Source: Octopus sinensis (lineage: Eukaryota). Taken from it: a DNA stretch of 64,000 nucleotides. Each line of letters begins with the position of its first letter. Position 1 is the first letter of the stretch. Below, one piece after another: positions 37,699 to 51,128 of this stretch. The stretch lies in contig NC_043006.1 of assembly GCF_006345805.1 (NCBI RefSeq), forward strand, positions 13,206,001-13,270,000, in the 5' to 3' direction. The position numbers and the translations under genes are program-made. The notes beneath the pieces were generated by a model. That model worked only from the letters and a program-made list of their open reading frames with translations. It made no database searches and had not been told where the DNA came from.

Positions 37699-37700
<2 letters not shown>
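37476..37700. mobile_element. 106-bp palindrome (37476-37581) plus extension, related to the 548-nt repeat family
   Basis: One mismatched pair in the palindrome; shares GCAACCTGTTGC and CATACCGAAA blocks with 54751-55520. Confidence 0.75.
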
Positions 37701-37778
<78 letters not shown>

Positions 37779-37895
37779 AACTTACTTGGAAAAAGATGCG
37801 CGGTGATCCATCATATAATAATATAGATAAATATAAAATATATGCATATATGCATACATATATGTACATACCTACATATGTATGGATATATATAT

Positions 37896-37947
<52 letters not shown>

Positions 37948-38403
37948 TGAAATGGATAAATGAATTATCTTGTTACGCGTTATTCAAACTATAACCGATA
38001 CCTGGGTAGCAAAAAATCACAACAGAAAAATCACGGTTGGAGTATCGCAACCGTGCCTTAGTGCGGATAATTGAAGTTTTATATATTTAGTGAGGGAAGA
38101 AATGGAGCTGGACGAAGATTTTACAAAATTCCTTTTTATTATTTTCTACATATGTTTCAAAGGCTGCAAAGTCCCTAATTCGGATTGAATAAGGAGACCA
38201 TTTTGCAGCTTTCTCTTCAGGAAAATCCAGGAACTTAAATCTCCAAACAAATGCGCAGCAAGCTTTTCGACAAACGCTCTTTAGGAGCCCATATATATAT
38301 ATATATCTTCCCTTCTTTCCTGAGCGTCCAATAATACTTTATTTGTCCCACGTCCTCGCGTTTTGTTGTTTTTTTTTGTGTTTCTTGTTTGGATTAACTA
38401 TAT

Positions 38404-38488
<85 letters not shown>

Positions 38489-38527
38489 CATATATATAAA
38501 CATTATATATATATATATATATTCTAC

Positions 38528-38600
<73 letters not shown>

Positions 38601-38689
38601 TATTATATATATATGACGAAAAATAGCTAGTTCTAAAATCCTCTAAACGATATATAAGTAGTAAAATACAAGACGGTAACGATTTTTTG

Positions 38690-38882
38690 CTTTTTTTTCT
38701 TTTCGCCACTATAACATGGCTGCTCTATAAAAAAATTATGTTACTACTTTTTAACCCCAGGAAAACGTCTTTTCCAACTGGTTGGATGTCGTTAACCAGC
38801 TGGAAATGACGTTTTCCTGAGGTTAAAATGTAATGACATTTCTTTATGGAACAACCATGTTATGGCGGCAAAAAAAAGAAAA
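38690..38882. mobile_element. Hairpin MITE (~190 bp, imperfect inverted repeat over its whole length)
   Basis: ATAACATGG/CCATGTTAT and TTTTAACCCCAGGAAAACGTC/GACGTTTTCCTGAGGTTAAAA pairs. Confidence 0.75.
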
Positions 38883-38906
38883 CTTTACCGTGTGTGTGTG
38901 TGTGTG

Positions 38907-38946
<40 letters not shown>

Positions 38947-39179
38947 TGCGTGTGTGCGCGTGTGTGTGTGAGTGCGCGTGTGTGTGTGTGTGTGTATGTG
39001 TGTGTGTGTGCGTGTGTATGTGTGTGTGTGTGTCTATGTGTGTGTGCGTGTGTATGTGTGTGCGTGTGTGTGCGTGTGCGTGTGTGTGTGCGTGTGTGTG
39101 TGAGTGCGCGTGTGTGCGTGTGCGTGTGTGTTTGCGTGTGTGTGTGTGTATGTGTGTGTGTGCGCGTGCGTGTGTGTGT

Positions 39180-39720
39180 AAAGAAATGCATTCCAAAAGT
39201 TTCGAAACTTTTTTGAGCAGAGGCAGTTATAACAATACTAACTTATTGTCATCTTAGTGCATCATTACCATACTTGTTGTAAGCTGACTTCCCTACTTTT
39301 TTTATATTCCAGATTGAAGAAGACGGCTACAATAGCCTCTCTGAACACAACCTGTTCAACACAGATGACTCGGCAGAGATGACCTTTGCAGAATGCAGAC
39401 AAGACATTTCAAAGATCGCTTTGCAACAGAGTTTTGAGTTACGCTGGTGGACACAACCGCTACAGAAACTTGTTATGGGCTGCTTATGGCTTAAGTTTCT
39501 CCTTTGTAGAGAGGGGGTGTGGGTCGATGAGAGGTGTGGGAGAGAGAGGAGCGTTCAGAACCTCAAAGCTGGTTGAGAAAATTCGCAGTTTTCAGGATGA
39601 AGGCCGTCTGCGTTTATAAAGATGATAAGCATCCAGTTTGGAGTTGGTGTGGCAACTGTGAACAGAATTATTCATGAAGATCTGAACATGCACAAAATTC
39701 GTGCAAAGTTTATTCCCAGG
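39180..39720 (+). mobile_element. Mariner 5' remnant
   Basis: ...GVATVNRIIHEDLNMHKIRAKFIPR (WVPR-equivalent motif). Confidence 0.75.
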
Positions 39721-39755
39721 AGGTGGTAGTAGCAGTAGTAGCTGCTGTTCTTATT

Positions 39756-39787
<32 letters not shown>

Positions 39788-40279
39788 TTTCGACGATGAC
39801 CATGATGGTGGTGGTGGTGGTAGTGGTGGAGGTGGTGGTGATGATAATGTTTTGCAGTCCTCCATCCCTTGTTCAGTGCTGATCAAGGCCATCGATAATC
39901 AAAAGCGTTCCAGACGTGGTATCTTCGTCGAGGTTCACCACGTTCCCTTACGTTCTCGGGTCAAAGGCCGCTTAAGTTGATTCTACCTTATATCATAACT
40001 TTACTTTATATCATACACAGACACGCACACGCACGCAAACGCATACATACACACATATACATGAGGCTGTGTGGCAAGACGCTTGTGTCCCAACTATATG
40101 GTTCCGGGTTCAGCCCCACAGCGTAGTATCCTTCGGCAAGTGTCTCTAAAGCCAAAGACATTACTGCTCTATTCTTTAGAGTGTGCTGTATTTTTTGGAC
40201 ATATATATTATAATTGTGTGCGTATATATACATATATATACATATATATTATATATATTAATATATTATATAATATCCA

Positions 40280-40338
<59 letters not shown>

Positions 40339-40339
40339 A

Positions 40340-40653
40340 TGTTCTATGTTTTTTTATTTGTTTTTGTTTTCGTCTTGTTGCCATACACACATCGCTAGCT
40401 TTCTAACAAAGAGGTCTAGTACTCTTAGCTTAGACCTTTTGGGGACAACCAGATTGAACCATCTCAAATGTAATTGTCCGAAATGGTCGTGATTTCTGGT
40501 ACTTGACTGATTAAAGAAAGACCATAATGACTTGTCTGTTTTTGCCTGTCCTTCTAATTGTTGTTTGTCTTGTCCACCTTTGTGTTGTCTATCTGTCCAA
40601 ACGTTTTAATGCCCTCTGTTGCGCTTTGGTTCCATTTATAGATAGATAGATAG

Positions 40654-40729
<76 letters not shown>

Positions 40730-40737
40730 CGATAGAC

Positions 40738-40806
<69 letters not shown>

Positions 40807-41435
40807 TATTGCAGCGTACGTACACCCTTGTGCTCACCTTATACCAGGTATGTATCTAAATTTTGTACAACTCATCCCATCCATCACATTTCTTGGCCCT
40901 CTCTTTCGTTAACTCCCACTATTTCCCTCTCGTGTATCTCCCCTGCACCTTTCTCCTTGTTTCTGATTTCTTTCTAATTCTCGAATCCCACTGCCCCCTA
41001 TCCATCTCTCCTCCTTCCACGTGACCGGTGTCCGGCCAGCCATGATCTTTCTTTCTTGGCCTGACTGCCGACCATCAACATTTCTTGTGTCCATCTCCCA
41101 TGTTCCTGCGTTTAGGCTTTTACTCCATACACGCCAGCTCACTTTGAATCGTTCTCAGTCGAAAGACGCCTGTTGTTATTGCTTGTTGTATTCCTAATTG
41201 TGTACCATGTTCTCCGTTTTTGTTTGTTTTTTCGTCTATGTTGCCGTACACATTCGCTAACTTTCTTACAAAGGGGTCTAATGCTCTTAACTTAGACTTT
41301 TTTAGGGACAACCAGATTGAATCATTTCACGTGTAACTGTCCGAAATGGTCGTGACTTCTGGTACTTGACTGATGAAAGAAAGCTAAGAATGACCCGTCC
41401 TCTTTTGCCTGCTCTTCTAATTGTTGTTTCTCTTT
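40340..41435. repeat. Two diverged copies (~40340-40580 and ~41190-41435) of an unclassified interspersed repeat separated by (AGAT)n
   Basis: Shared GGGACAACCAGATTGAA...TGTCCGAAATGGTCGTGA(T/C)TTCTGGTACTTGACTGAT block; class not determined. Confidence 0.65.
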
Positions 41436-41833
41436 GATATATATATATATATATATATACGCCTTTGTATATATATATATACACATATATACATATATAT
41501 ACGTATATATATATATATAATATATATATTATATATATAAAGAGTGAGAGAGAGAGAAATATAACATATATATGCACACACATATACACATATGTAAATA
41601 CTTGTTTATATGAGTGTGCATGTATTTTCATGGGGATACTTATGCATAAGCGTGCATATTTACATTTTCATCAGTATTTGATGAAAGAGTTGTAGGATAT
41701 CCTAGACTTCCTACAGCTCTGCATTCGGCTCCCTTAGTCCAATGAGCTACGTTCTTGTAACAAGCCTACGAAACTTTAGGTTGCAAGGCGCCGAATCGAA
41801 TCCTTTTAAATAATGTGGTGTGTGTATGTGTGT

Positions 41834-42170
41834 GTGAAGGTGCATGTCTCGGTAGTTAGAGCATCGGGTTCACAATCATGAGGTATAGAGTTCGATTCCC
41901 GGATTGGGCTGTGTGAGTGTTCTTTAGGAAGACACTTTATTTCATGTTGCTCCAGTTCACTCAGCTGAAGAAATGAGTTGCGATGTCACTGGTGCAAAAC
42001 TGTATCGGTCTTTGCTTTTCCCTTGGATACCATTGGTGGCGCAGAAAGGGAAGGTTGGTATGGATGGGCGACTACTGGTCTTCCATAAACAACCTTGCCC
42101 GGACTTGGGCCTCGGAGGTTAACTGAGTGCAACCCTATGGTCATTTATGACCGAAGGGGGTCTTATCCTT
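41834..42170 (+). mobile_element. tRNA-derived SINE family D, older copy
   Basis: GTGAAGGTGCATGTCTCGGTAGTTAGAG head; TTGCTCCAGTTCACTCAGCTG core; homologous to 55525-55872. Confidence 0.85.
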
Positions 42171-42171
42171 T

Positions 42172-42231
<60 letters not shown>

Positions 42232-42413
42232 ATCCAAACAAGAAAACACTAAAAACAAAAAAACACAGCAACGCGAGGACGTGGAACAAATAAAGTATTA
42301 TTGGACGCTCAGAAAGAAGGGTTTGACCGGCGGAGCTCTTCATAGGAGAAGGAAAGATCCTGAGAAGGAGACAGAGGAAAAAAATCGCCAGTGGTACTCA
42401 CGAGGTCACACAC

Positions 42414-42459
<46 letters not shown>

Positions 42460-43088
42460 ATATAACATACATAAAAATATAGATACACACACACACTCAG
42501 ATATTTCTCTATACTGCTAAGACATTGCATTCTGGTGAATATGATGTAATATGAAAGTTTTTTTAAAAAATCAAAAATATCCTTCGTCTTGTTGACATTT
42601 ATATTTATCCTTTATCAGGTGAAAATTGAAAAATTGTGAAATTTTTTTAACTACAAAATCATAGCGTTTGACTTCATAGAATTGTATTAGTTAAAGAAAT
42701 CGTTTCTTTTTAATCAGCTTTCGTTATTTTCATGCTCCAAAGTGATTGCAGTATGTTTAGTCGCCAATTTTCTTCTTGCTAAGCAGAATCAATATTATTT
42801 ATAGTGATTCGATTTATTCTGAACAATCTTTACTTCGTTATTTTATTTTTTATTTTTCATTTTTTCTTTTCTTTTCTTTTCTTTTTCTTCATTTTTTTCT
42901 TTTCTTTTTTTTTTTTTTTTTCTTCTTTTCACTCTCTGAGATAATTATCGTAGTTCACTTTCCATCGTCAAAATATTTTCTAGAAGTTTTAACCCACTAA
43001 AACCAATCGATTTTATCTTATCATTTATCTTTATCAAATTCTAACAGATTATAATTACAAAAGGTCACTGACTATCAGTATCTATTTA

Positions 43089-43127
<39 letters not shown>

Positions 43128-44215
43128 GAAAACCTTTATCTACTTTATGAGAACAACTTGTGTTGATGTGATGTCAATCAAAACGTGTAAAAGAAGTAAC
43201 TATTCAATGGAATCTATTCTGTCATTTTATTTACTTAATTCTCTATTTTTCGCTGTTCTCAAGTAAAATCGGATTAATTTAAGAATCTACCGTTTAGTTA
43301 AGTCCAAATACATGAGTACTTTCTCTTTTTTCCTACTTCCATATGCAATGAAACAAACCAAAAAGAAAAGCGCCATTCTATTTCTATCAGACATGAAACT
43401 AAATATATACTTAATACAAAATAATTAAAAATGAAACAGCCGAGAGTTATTTCAATTCGGATGCATACTCTCCAGATATTTCTCTTCTTACAATGAATTG
43501 TTACGCACTTTCTTAATTTTTTCCGTATCTTATAAATGTTTATATTTCATTTTATTGATCAACCTAATTACAAATAACACTGGTAAAGGATTATTATAAT
43601 CTTACGTTAATTCCCTTTTGTATAATTACTTGGTTATTATTTTTTTTAATTTAATTTTAAAAATTTGTTACAATATATACGGAGCTTAACGATTAATATT
43701 ATTTTAAGAAAATTAATTCCCCTAGTAAGAACTCTCATGTTTGTTTGATTTTCCTTTGTCTATTTTATCATCATCATCATGCGCCTTACTTAGCAACCTA
43801 ATTCCTACCCTGCGATAGTGGAAGCGGTTATCTTGGGAAAAAATAGTCTTAGAATAATTCCCCCACATCCTTGTCACAGCAGAATAGACTCTGACAGAGA
43901 GGATTTGTTTTATCTACCCAGGAGGATGAAACAATGAGATTGTCCTCGGATGGATTTGAACCCAGAACACCAAGAGATGTCTCAAATATAGCAACGTATC
44001 TATTTCATGTTCTAATCATTCAGCCAATTAATCACCTTCAGAATTATTTCTAATTTTACCTCAAGGTCAATAATTTTCACGAGAGGAGGCAGTCGAATAC
44101 ATTGACTCCAATGTTACTTATTTAATCGATCTCAAAACGATGAAAAGCAATCATGACCTCGGCTAAATTCGAACGTAAAAAGTGGCGTAAAGAGCGGCAA
44201 CAAATGCCGTTCTCT

Positions 44216-44616
44216 GTTACTCTTTTACTTGTTTCAGTCATTTGACTGCGGCCATGCTGGAGCACCGCCTTTAGTCGAGCAAATCGACCCCGGGACTTAT
44301 TCTTTGTAAGCCCAGTACTTATTCTATCGGTCTCTTTTGCCGAACCGCTAAGTGACGGGGACGTTAACACACCAGCATCGGTTGTCAAGCGATGCTAGGG
44401 GGACAAAAACAGACACACAAACATACACACACACATATATATATACATATATACGACGGGCTTCTTTCAGTTTCCGTCTACCAAATCCACTCACAAGGCA
44501 TTGGTCGGCCCGGGGCTATAGCAGAAGACACTTGCCCAAGATGCCACGCAGTGGGACTGAACCCGGAATCATGTGGTTGGTTAGGAAGCTACTTACCACA
44601 CAGCCACTCCTGCGCC
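44216..44616 (-). mobile_element. SINE family C
   Basis: Full homology to 37051-37455. Confidence 0.93.
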
Positions 44617-45100
44617 GTTAAGTATTTTATCTAGCGAAACCATCTTCATTATATATAACAATTATAGTTTATAAATATTATTCGTTATTCAATAATGCTT
44701 ATATCATTACCGGAAGAGCTACCGGGTATTGTTTAATATAAATTAGAAATTAAGCTAATAAACTTAATGCATAAAATTGATTGAAATTGATCTTTAATCT
44801 TCATAACAGTCACATTTTATTTTATAATTCAGTCCAACATGAAAGTTAAAGATAAATTTTAATGGAAACATATGTTCTTTATGGCTTTCTTATGAAGCAA
44901 TTTCTATACAAGTGAACCCGGTGAAAGCAAATATAATGAAGTCAACCTCAAGGTCATTTAAGTGTGTTATTGGTTCACATCCAATTAATGTCTGACCATT
45001 GAAAACTAAGAGATGACAGCTACCACTCATTAATGTTCGTAATTTTTCTTTACGAACAATAGCAGTGTACTATGAGACACGTTGTAATTGAATGAAGAGT

Positions 45101-45131
<31 letters not shown>

Positions 45132-45259
45132 ATGAATGTACGCATGTGCGTGTATGCATGTATGTGTATGTGTATATCGTAAATAGAATTAAAAGCCGTC
45201 ACCGTCTATTGACTATATAAAATAGTTTAATGTTAGGTAGGGAATGAATAAATATATAT

Positions 45260-45296
<37 letters not shown>

Positions 45297-45324
45297 TTAT
45301 TTATTTATTTATTTATTTATATAT

Positions 45325-45799
45325 TGTAGTTGTATACTTCAACTTAATGTGACAGTCCCATGAAGGGAATCACGCCATTGCTATTTAGCCTTAGGAAGCA
45401 TTAACACTTCCTGTCGGCCTTGACACGTTTCCTGTCCTTGTGTTTGCAAGGGGGGAGACAAGCACCTCCACCAATCCAAGCCTGCATCCAGAGGCTAGTT
45501 TCTGAGTCTTTGCTCGTCATCAGTCTGGAGTAGCATGGCCTGCTAGCTAAAGATACCTGTCTCCCCCTTGTAAACATATACGAATTCCAGTGAAATATAT
45601 CCACTGATTACAAAAATAGAAATAATACATTTCTAAATATCTCAGAGAGATATAAACAGTAGTGGTAGCGTTGATGCTTCCTAGGGCTAAATTGCAGTGG
45701 TGTGATTCCCTTCATGAGACTGTCACATTAAGTTGGCAGTATACAACTACACTATCGTAACACTGCTGCATATATCTCTCTGAGATATTTAGAAATGTA
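45325..45799. repeat. Interleaved inverted repeats A-B-A'-B'
   Basis: A ~45325-45410 with A' ~45662-45750 (diverged); B 45627-45655 with B' 45771-45799 (perfect 29 bp). Confidence 0.8.
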
Positions 45800-46189
45800 A
45801 TATTTATACATATATACATACATAATTTATATATATATATATATTATATATATATATATATATATAGATATATATATATATATATAGGTCAAAATATGAG
45901 ATCCAGAGATTCTCAGTATAGAAGACACTTAGCAGTGCTCAAAATATTCAAACTTAGACTCCGATTCCAACTTATACAGCCAATACGTTGACCGTACCTA
46001 GAATTCTTCCAGAATTCTAAGAAAAACGACCCATAAATTGCAACAATTAGCAGCTAATTAAAATAATGGTGAATTGGCAGAGTCGTTAGAGCGCCGGACT
46101 GCCAACGCCTTGCAGCATTTATTTGGACTTTTACTTTCTGAGTTCAATACCCAACGGATATATATATATGTGTGTGTGTGCGTGTAGAT

Positions 46190-46460
46190 ACTGCGTTGAC
46201 TGATAAATTTGTTCGTTTCTTTCTAATTTGAATTGACCAAAAGCACAAAAAATATTCAAAAAGAAGTAACCATGGAGATACGCACCAATCCAGTAAGAAA
46301 TTGGTCCAGAATTTAGGATGCTCTCATGACATTGTCGCCTGCCACTTTCACTTCAAGCAACCCGACCGGCAACACAGCACGACACAACAGCGTTCGCTCT
46401 TACGTCAAGTGGAAAGTTCTGCCACACCCATTGTATTCTCCTGATATAGCGTCCGCTAAA
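46190..46460 (+). mobile_element. Heavily deleted mariner remnant
   Basis: WKVLPHPLYSPDIAS. Confidence 0.6.
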
Positions 46461-46656
46461 GATACTCAAAATGTTTCAAAAGGTCACAGAAGTGTGTTAA
46501 ACGGGGTGATAGGTTGTCCACCCCAAGTAATCTTTGGCATGGTTTGAACTCAGGACACAAAGAGCTGGAACAAATTCCTTAAGACATTCTACCTCGAGGC
46601 TCTACTGATTCCACCATTTCACCTCTCTGACTGACTTATAGACTGGTGCTCTATGG

Positions 46657-47002
46657 AAGCACTCCGTCGGTTACGACGACGAGGATTCCGGTTGATCCGA
46701 ATCAACGGAACAACCTGCTCGTGAAATTAACGTGTAAGTGGCTGAGCACTCCATAGACACGTGTACCCTTAACGTAGTTCTCGGGGATATTCAGCGTGAC
46801 ACAGAGAGTGACAAGGCCGACCCTTTGAAATACAGGTACAACAGAAACAGGAAGTAAGAGTGAGAAAAAGTTGTGGTGAAAAAGTACAGCAGGGATCACC
46901 ACCATCCCCTGCCGGAGCCTCGTGGAGCTTTCGGTGTTTTCGCTCAAATAAACACTCACAACGCCCTGTCTGGGAATCGAAACCGCGATCCTATGACCGC
47001 GA
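46657..47002 (-). mobile_element. SINE family A, tail type 1, head partly missing
   Basis: Homologous to 59274-59658. Confidence 0.9.
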
Positions 47003-47126
47003 CTGGTGCTCTATAAGTCAATACCAGAAGGAGAAATGTCAAATTTGATTACGTCAGGTATTGAAATCAGAACGCAAAAAGCCGAAATAAATATTGCAAA
47101 GCGTCGGCAGTCCGACGCTCAAACGA

Positions 47127-47226
47127 NNNNNNNNNNNNNNNNNNNNNNNNNNNNNNNNNNNNNNNNNNNNNNNNNNNNNNNNNNNNNNNNNNNNNNNNNN
47201 NNNNNNNNNNNNNNNNNNNNNNNNNN
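47127..47226. other. Assembly gap (100 N)
   Basis: Run of N. Confidence 1.
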
Positions 47227-47393
47227 ACTCCCTTCTTTCATTTATTTGTTTTAAAAAACACACAAATTCCACACGAAAGCACGTGATCTCTGCCCTTGGC
47301 AGTAGCTGCAACCGTGTTTTTCTGACGTGATTTGCTACCCAGGTATCGGTTAACCGAATTATCCATAATAAGATAATTCATTCAACTACTCAA

Positions 47394-47448
<55 letters not shown>

Positions 47449-47661
47449 GTAAGCATATGTTATGCAAAACAACCGGCAGACTGCGATAGCTAATAAAATA
47501 GAAATAAAATTTCAAAATATATTCTTTCTGTATGACTCAGTACTGGTCCGTGGCCCAGTGGTTGGGAACCCTTGAGCTACAATACATTATTTTCTGCAAA
47601 TCATTTTGTCTTTTTTTTTACATTCTATCTGGAATAAGACAAACTTACCGTATTCATACAT

Positions 47662-48072
47662 AGGCGCAGGACTGGCTGTGTGGTAAGTAGCTTGCTAACC
47701 AGCCACATGGTTCCGGGTTCAGTCCCACTGCGTGGCATCTTGGGCAAGTGTCTTCTGCTATAGCCCCGGGCCGACCAATGCCTTGTGAGTGGATTTGGTA
47801 GACAGAAACTGAAAGAAGCCTGTCGTATATATGTATATATATGTATGTGTGTGTGTGTGTTTGTGTTGTCTGTGTTTGTCCCCTAGCATTGCTTGACAAC
47901 CGATGCTGGTGTGTTCACGTCCCGTCACTTAACGGTTCGGCAAAGAGACCGATAGATAAGTACGGGCTTACAAAGAATAAGTCCCGGGGTCGATTTGCTC
48001 GACTAAGGCGGTTGCTCCAGCATTGCCGCAGTCAATTGACTGAAACAAGTAAAAGAGTAAAGAGTAAAGAGT
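47662..48072 (+). mobile_element. SINE family C flanked by a 145-bp direct duplication
   Basis: 47517-47661 is repeated at 48073-48217 with two substitutions seen. Confidence 0.92.
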
Positions 48073-48770
48073 ATATATTCTTTCTGTATGACTCAGTACT
48101 GGTCCGTGGCCCAGTGGTTGGGAACTCTTGAGCTACAATACGTTATTTTCTGCAAATCATTTTGTCTTTTTTTTTACATTCTATCTGGAATAAGACAAAC
48201 TTACCGTATTCATACATTTACGCTTGCATTGTATAAAAACGTGCGTTTAACTGACAGCCATTATCATGTTATGAAGCCATGTGGTATTTATAATAACCTT
48301 TAAGAACCTAATTTATTTATTTTCATCCTTCAGTAATATATCTTCAACTTTGCTTTAAGAATATTCTAATGGACATTCTGTCTAAATTCTTATTGAGAAA
48401 AAAAAAGACATAGAATCAAACCGTCAGGTGAGATTATGACCTTATAGTTAAAAGGATCATTGTCTATCATTTGTACTGCAATATGACTGCAGAATCGCGA
48501 TACGCAAATGCTAGCAACGAAGAACAAAGGAAATGGAATAAGTACCTGGTACAATATTAAAATTCAAGTTATAGCTTGAATTATAGTGTTAGAATAGATT
48601 CTATAGTGTTTCAATCATTATTTCCGTGTTCTTGTGTTAACGTGAAATACTTTCGATATACGTGATTTAACGGGTGCATTTGCTGGAGAATAAGGTATTA
48701 TCGTCTTGCATTTGTAAAATATGCCGATGAAATATAGCTTACTGGTACCTATCTTTATAGTTAGAGATAG

Positions 48771-48838
<68 letters not shown>

Positions 48839-49001
48839 TGGTTGGTTGAGGGAGAGAGAGAAGGAGGGGAGGGCGGGATAGAGTGAGTGAGTGAGTAAAG
48901 AATGATCGATTGACTGATCGATTGACTGGTCGATTGATTGATTGATTAGATAGATAGATAAACAAAAAAATAGATAGATAGACAGAAGGATAGATAGATA
49001 A

Positions 49002-49036
<35 letters not shown>

Positions 49037-49090
49037 TACAACAACAGACAGACACCAGACATACAGACAGACAGACAGACAGATAGATAG

Positions 49091-49969
49091 TTTCTTTTCT
49101 TTATTGGCCACACCAGGGCTGCACACAGATGGGACAAATTACAAGGTAGAGCTTTTCTTTTGGGGGATGAAAAAAAGGTGGCGTAGGTTTTCGTCAAAAG
49201 GGATGTAAAAGGGAAAAAGAAAAAAGAAAAAAAAAAAAGAAAGAAGAAAAAGAAAAAAGAAAAAAGAAACAAAAGAAAAGAAAAAAGAAAAAAGGAGAAA
49301 AAGAGGGGAAGAGGAAAAAAAACGATCAATAGGGATCGTGTATCACAGTGTAATGATGTACGGTGTAGAGGGGGAAGCAGATAAGGTTTATCCATGGGAA
49401 GAAAAGCCTACGAAAAAGACCGCGGTAACCTCGGTCAATATTGTTATATGTTACCACATTTGTTTGCAAGTGGGTAACCCTCTGTTTTCATTTTCTGGGT
49501 TCATAGGATTATCATACGTGCCATCCTTGCTACATTCACCCATCTTTTTTTAAAACATTCGCTAGACAAAACTTGCCTCTCTACTCTCACTTTCCTTTTC
49601 AAGTGGTACTTGAAGAAGTTGATGAGAGATTGACCAGAGAGGAAAATGTTTGTCTCCAATCCTTTCAGACGCGTCCACCAGATACATCCTTTCGCCATAG
49701 CCACAAGGATGATGAAAATAGCTCTTCCTTCCCGTTTGAAGGAAGGAGGCGTGACAATATTGACGATAGACTCAGCTGATAAACCGATTCGTACCACACG
49801 TGACAGCAGTTGTTCGACATAAGCCAACAGCTCGGAGATTGTTGGACACTGCACGATTGCGTGCAGAACGGTTTCGTCGCTCTGACCGCATCTCGGGCAG
49901 GTCGGCCCCGTGTTTCTCGAGCCGTGTCTGTAGAGCTTATCCCGAACGGGTTGTGCTTCTCGGTAGCAC
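49091..49969 (-). mobile_element. Tx1/L1-type LINE 3' end embedded in (AGAT)n
   Basis: CYREAQPVRDKLYRHG...CPRCGQSDETVLHAIVQCPTIS (CCHC knuckle)...FFKYHLKRKVRVER...FKKRW, stop 49501; pyrimidine-rich 3' UTR ending CAATAAAGAAAAGAAA. Confidence 0.8.
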
Positions 49970-50064
<95 letters not shown>

Positions 50065-50761
50065 GCTATCAAATTTAATGAGTATGTAAATGATATCGTT
50101 CTGAAATAATAAAGATGATGATGTCAGATTCTCACGTCGACTTTGATGTCTGAGCGTCTACTTTGATCAACCGGACAATTGACTCATTGAATTAACGTCG
50201 CGTATTCCACAGATATGTTAATCTTTAATGGACATTTGAATTACAGGAGTAGTTCATCTGACGGGCTTTTATAATTTCTGTCTTCATAAATTCATTCACA
50301 AGCCTTGAGTCAACCCGAAACCCTGATAAATGCACTTGCCCAAGATAACTCACTGTGGGACCGACGCTGAGAGCTCCTGGTCACCAAGCGAACTCCTTAA
50401 CCATTCTGCGTCCAATTTTATAATAATACATTGCAAAGAAATGTTCTTTCATGGGACCGTTGTGAGTAGGAAGTAATAGCTTAATCATAATAAGAATGTC
50501 AACGGCACTCATCCTTCCTCGTGGTCTCAGGAAGTGCTTGGTAGAAGCGACGATATAGTCCTCAGACGAACAAATTTCCCCGGATTATTTGTAAGGATGC
50601 CCAGAAAGATGCCCTACATCCCTACACAGAGTCCGTGAGGGTCTCTGGTCTGAGGATGACACAGACTGAGGTATGAGGACAACTTCAACGCTTCTACCTA
50701 CCACTCTCAGAAACCAAGTGGTGGTGGTGGTGTCGTTGTTGTTGGTGCTAGTAGGCCACAT

Positions 50762-51128
50762 AGTGGAGGCGCAATGGCCCAGTGGTTAGGGCAGCGGACT
50801 CGCGGTCATAGGATCGCAGTTTCGATTCCCAGACCGGGCGTTGTGAGTGTTTATTGAGCGAAAACACCGGCAGGGGATGGTGGTGATCCCTGCTGTACTC
50901 TTTTACCACAACTTTCTCTCACTCTTACTTCCTGTTTCTGTTGTACCTGTATTTCAAAGAGCCGGCCTTGTCACTCTCTGTGTCACGCTGAATATCCCCG
51001 AGAACTACGTTAAGGGTACACGTGTCTGTGGAGTGCTCAGCCACTTACACGTTAATTTCACGAGCAGGCTGTTCCGTTGATTCGGATCAACCGGAACCCT
51101 CGTCGTCGTAACCGACGGAGTGCTTCTT
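50762..51128 (+). mobile_element. SINE family A, tail type 1
   Basis: 14-bp TSD CTAGTAGGCCACAT at 50748-50761 and 51129-51142. Confidence 0.93.

Noticed and set aside
40909-41311. Minus-strand ORFs (77 and 63 aa) in the duplicated 40.3/41.2-kb repeat
   Set aside because: No recognisable domain motif; left as an unclassified repeat.
42540-43800. AT-rich unique-looking stretch (also 58020-59260) as possible host exons or regulatory DNA
   Set aside because: No ORF, conserved motif or structure I can support from sequence alone.
47000-47330. ORFs spanning the N run
   Set aside because: Artefacts of the 100-N scaffold gap; adjacency across it is not guaranteed.
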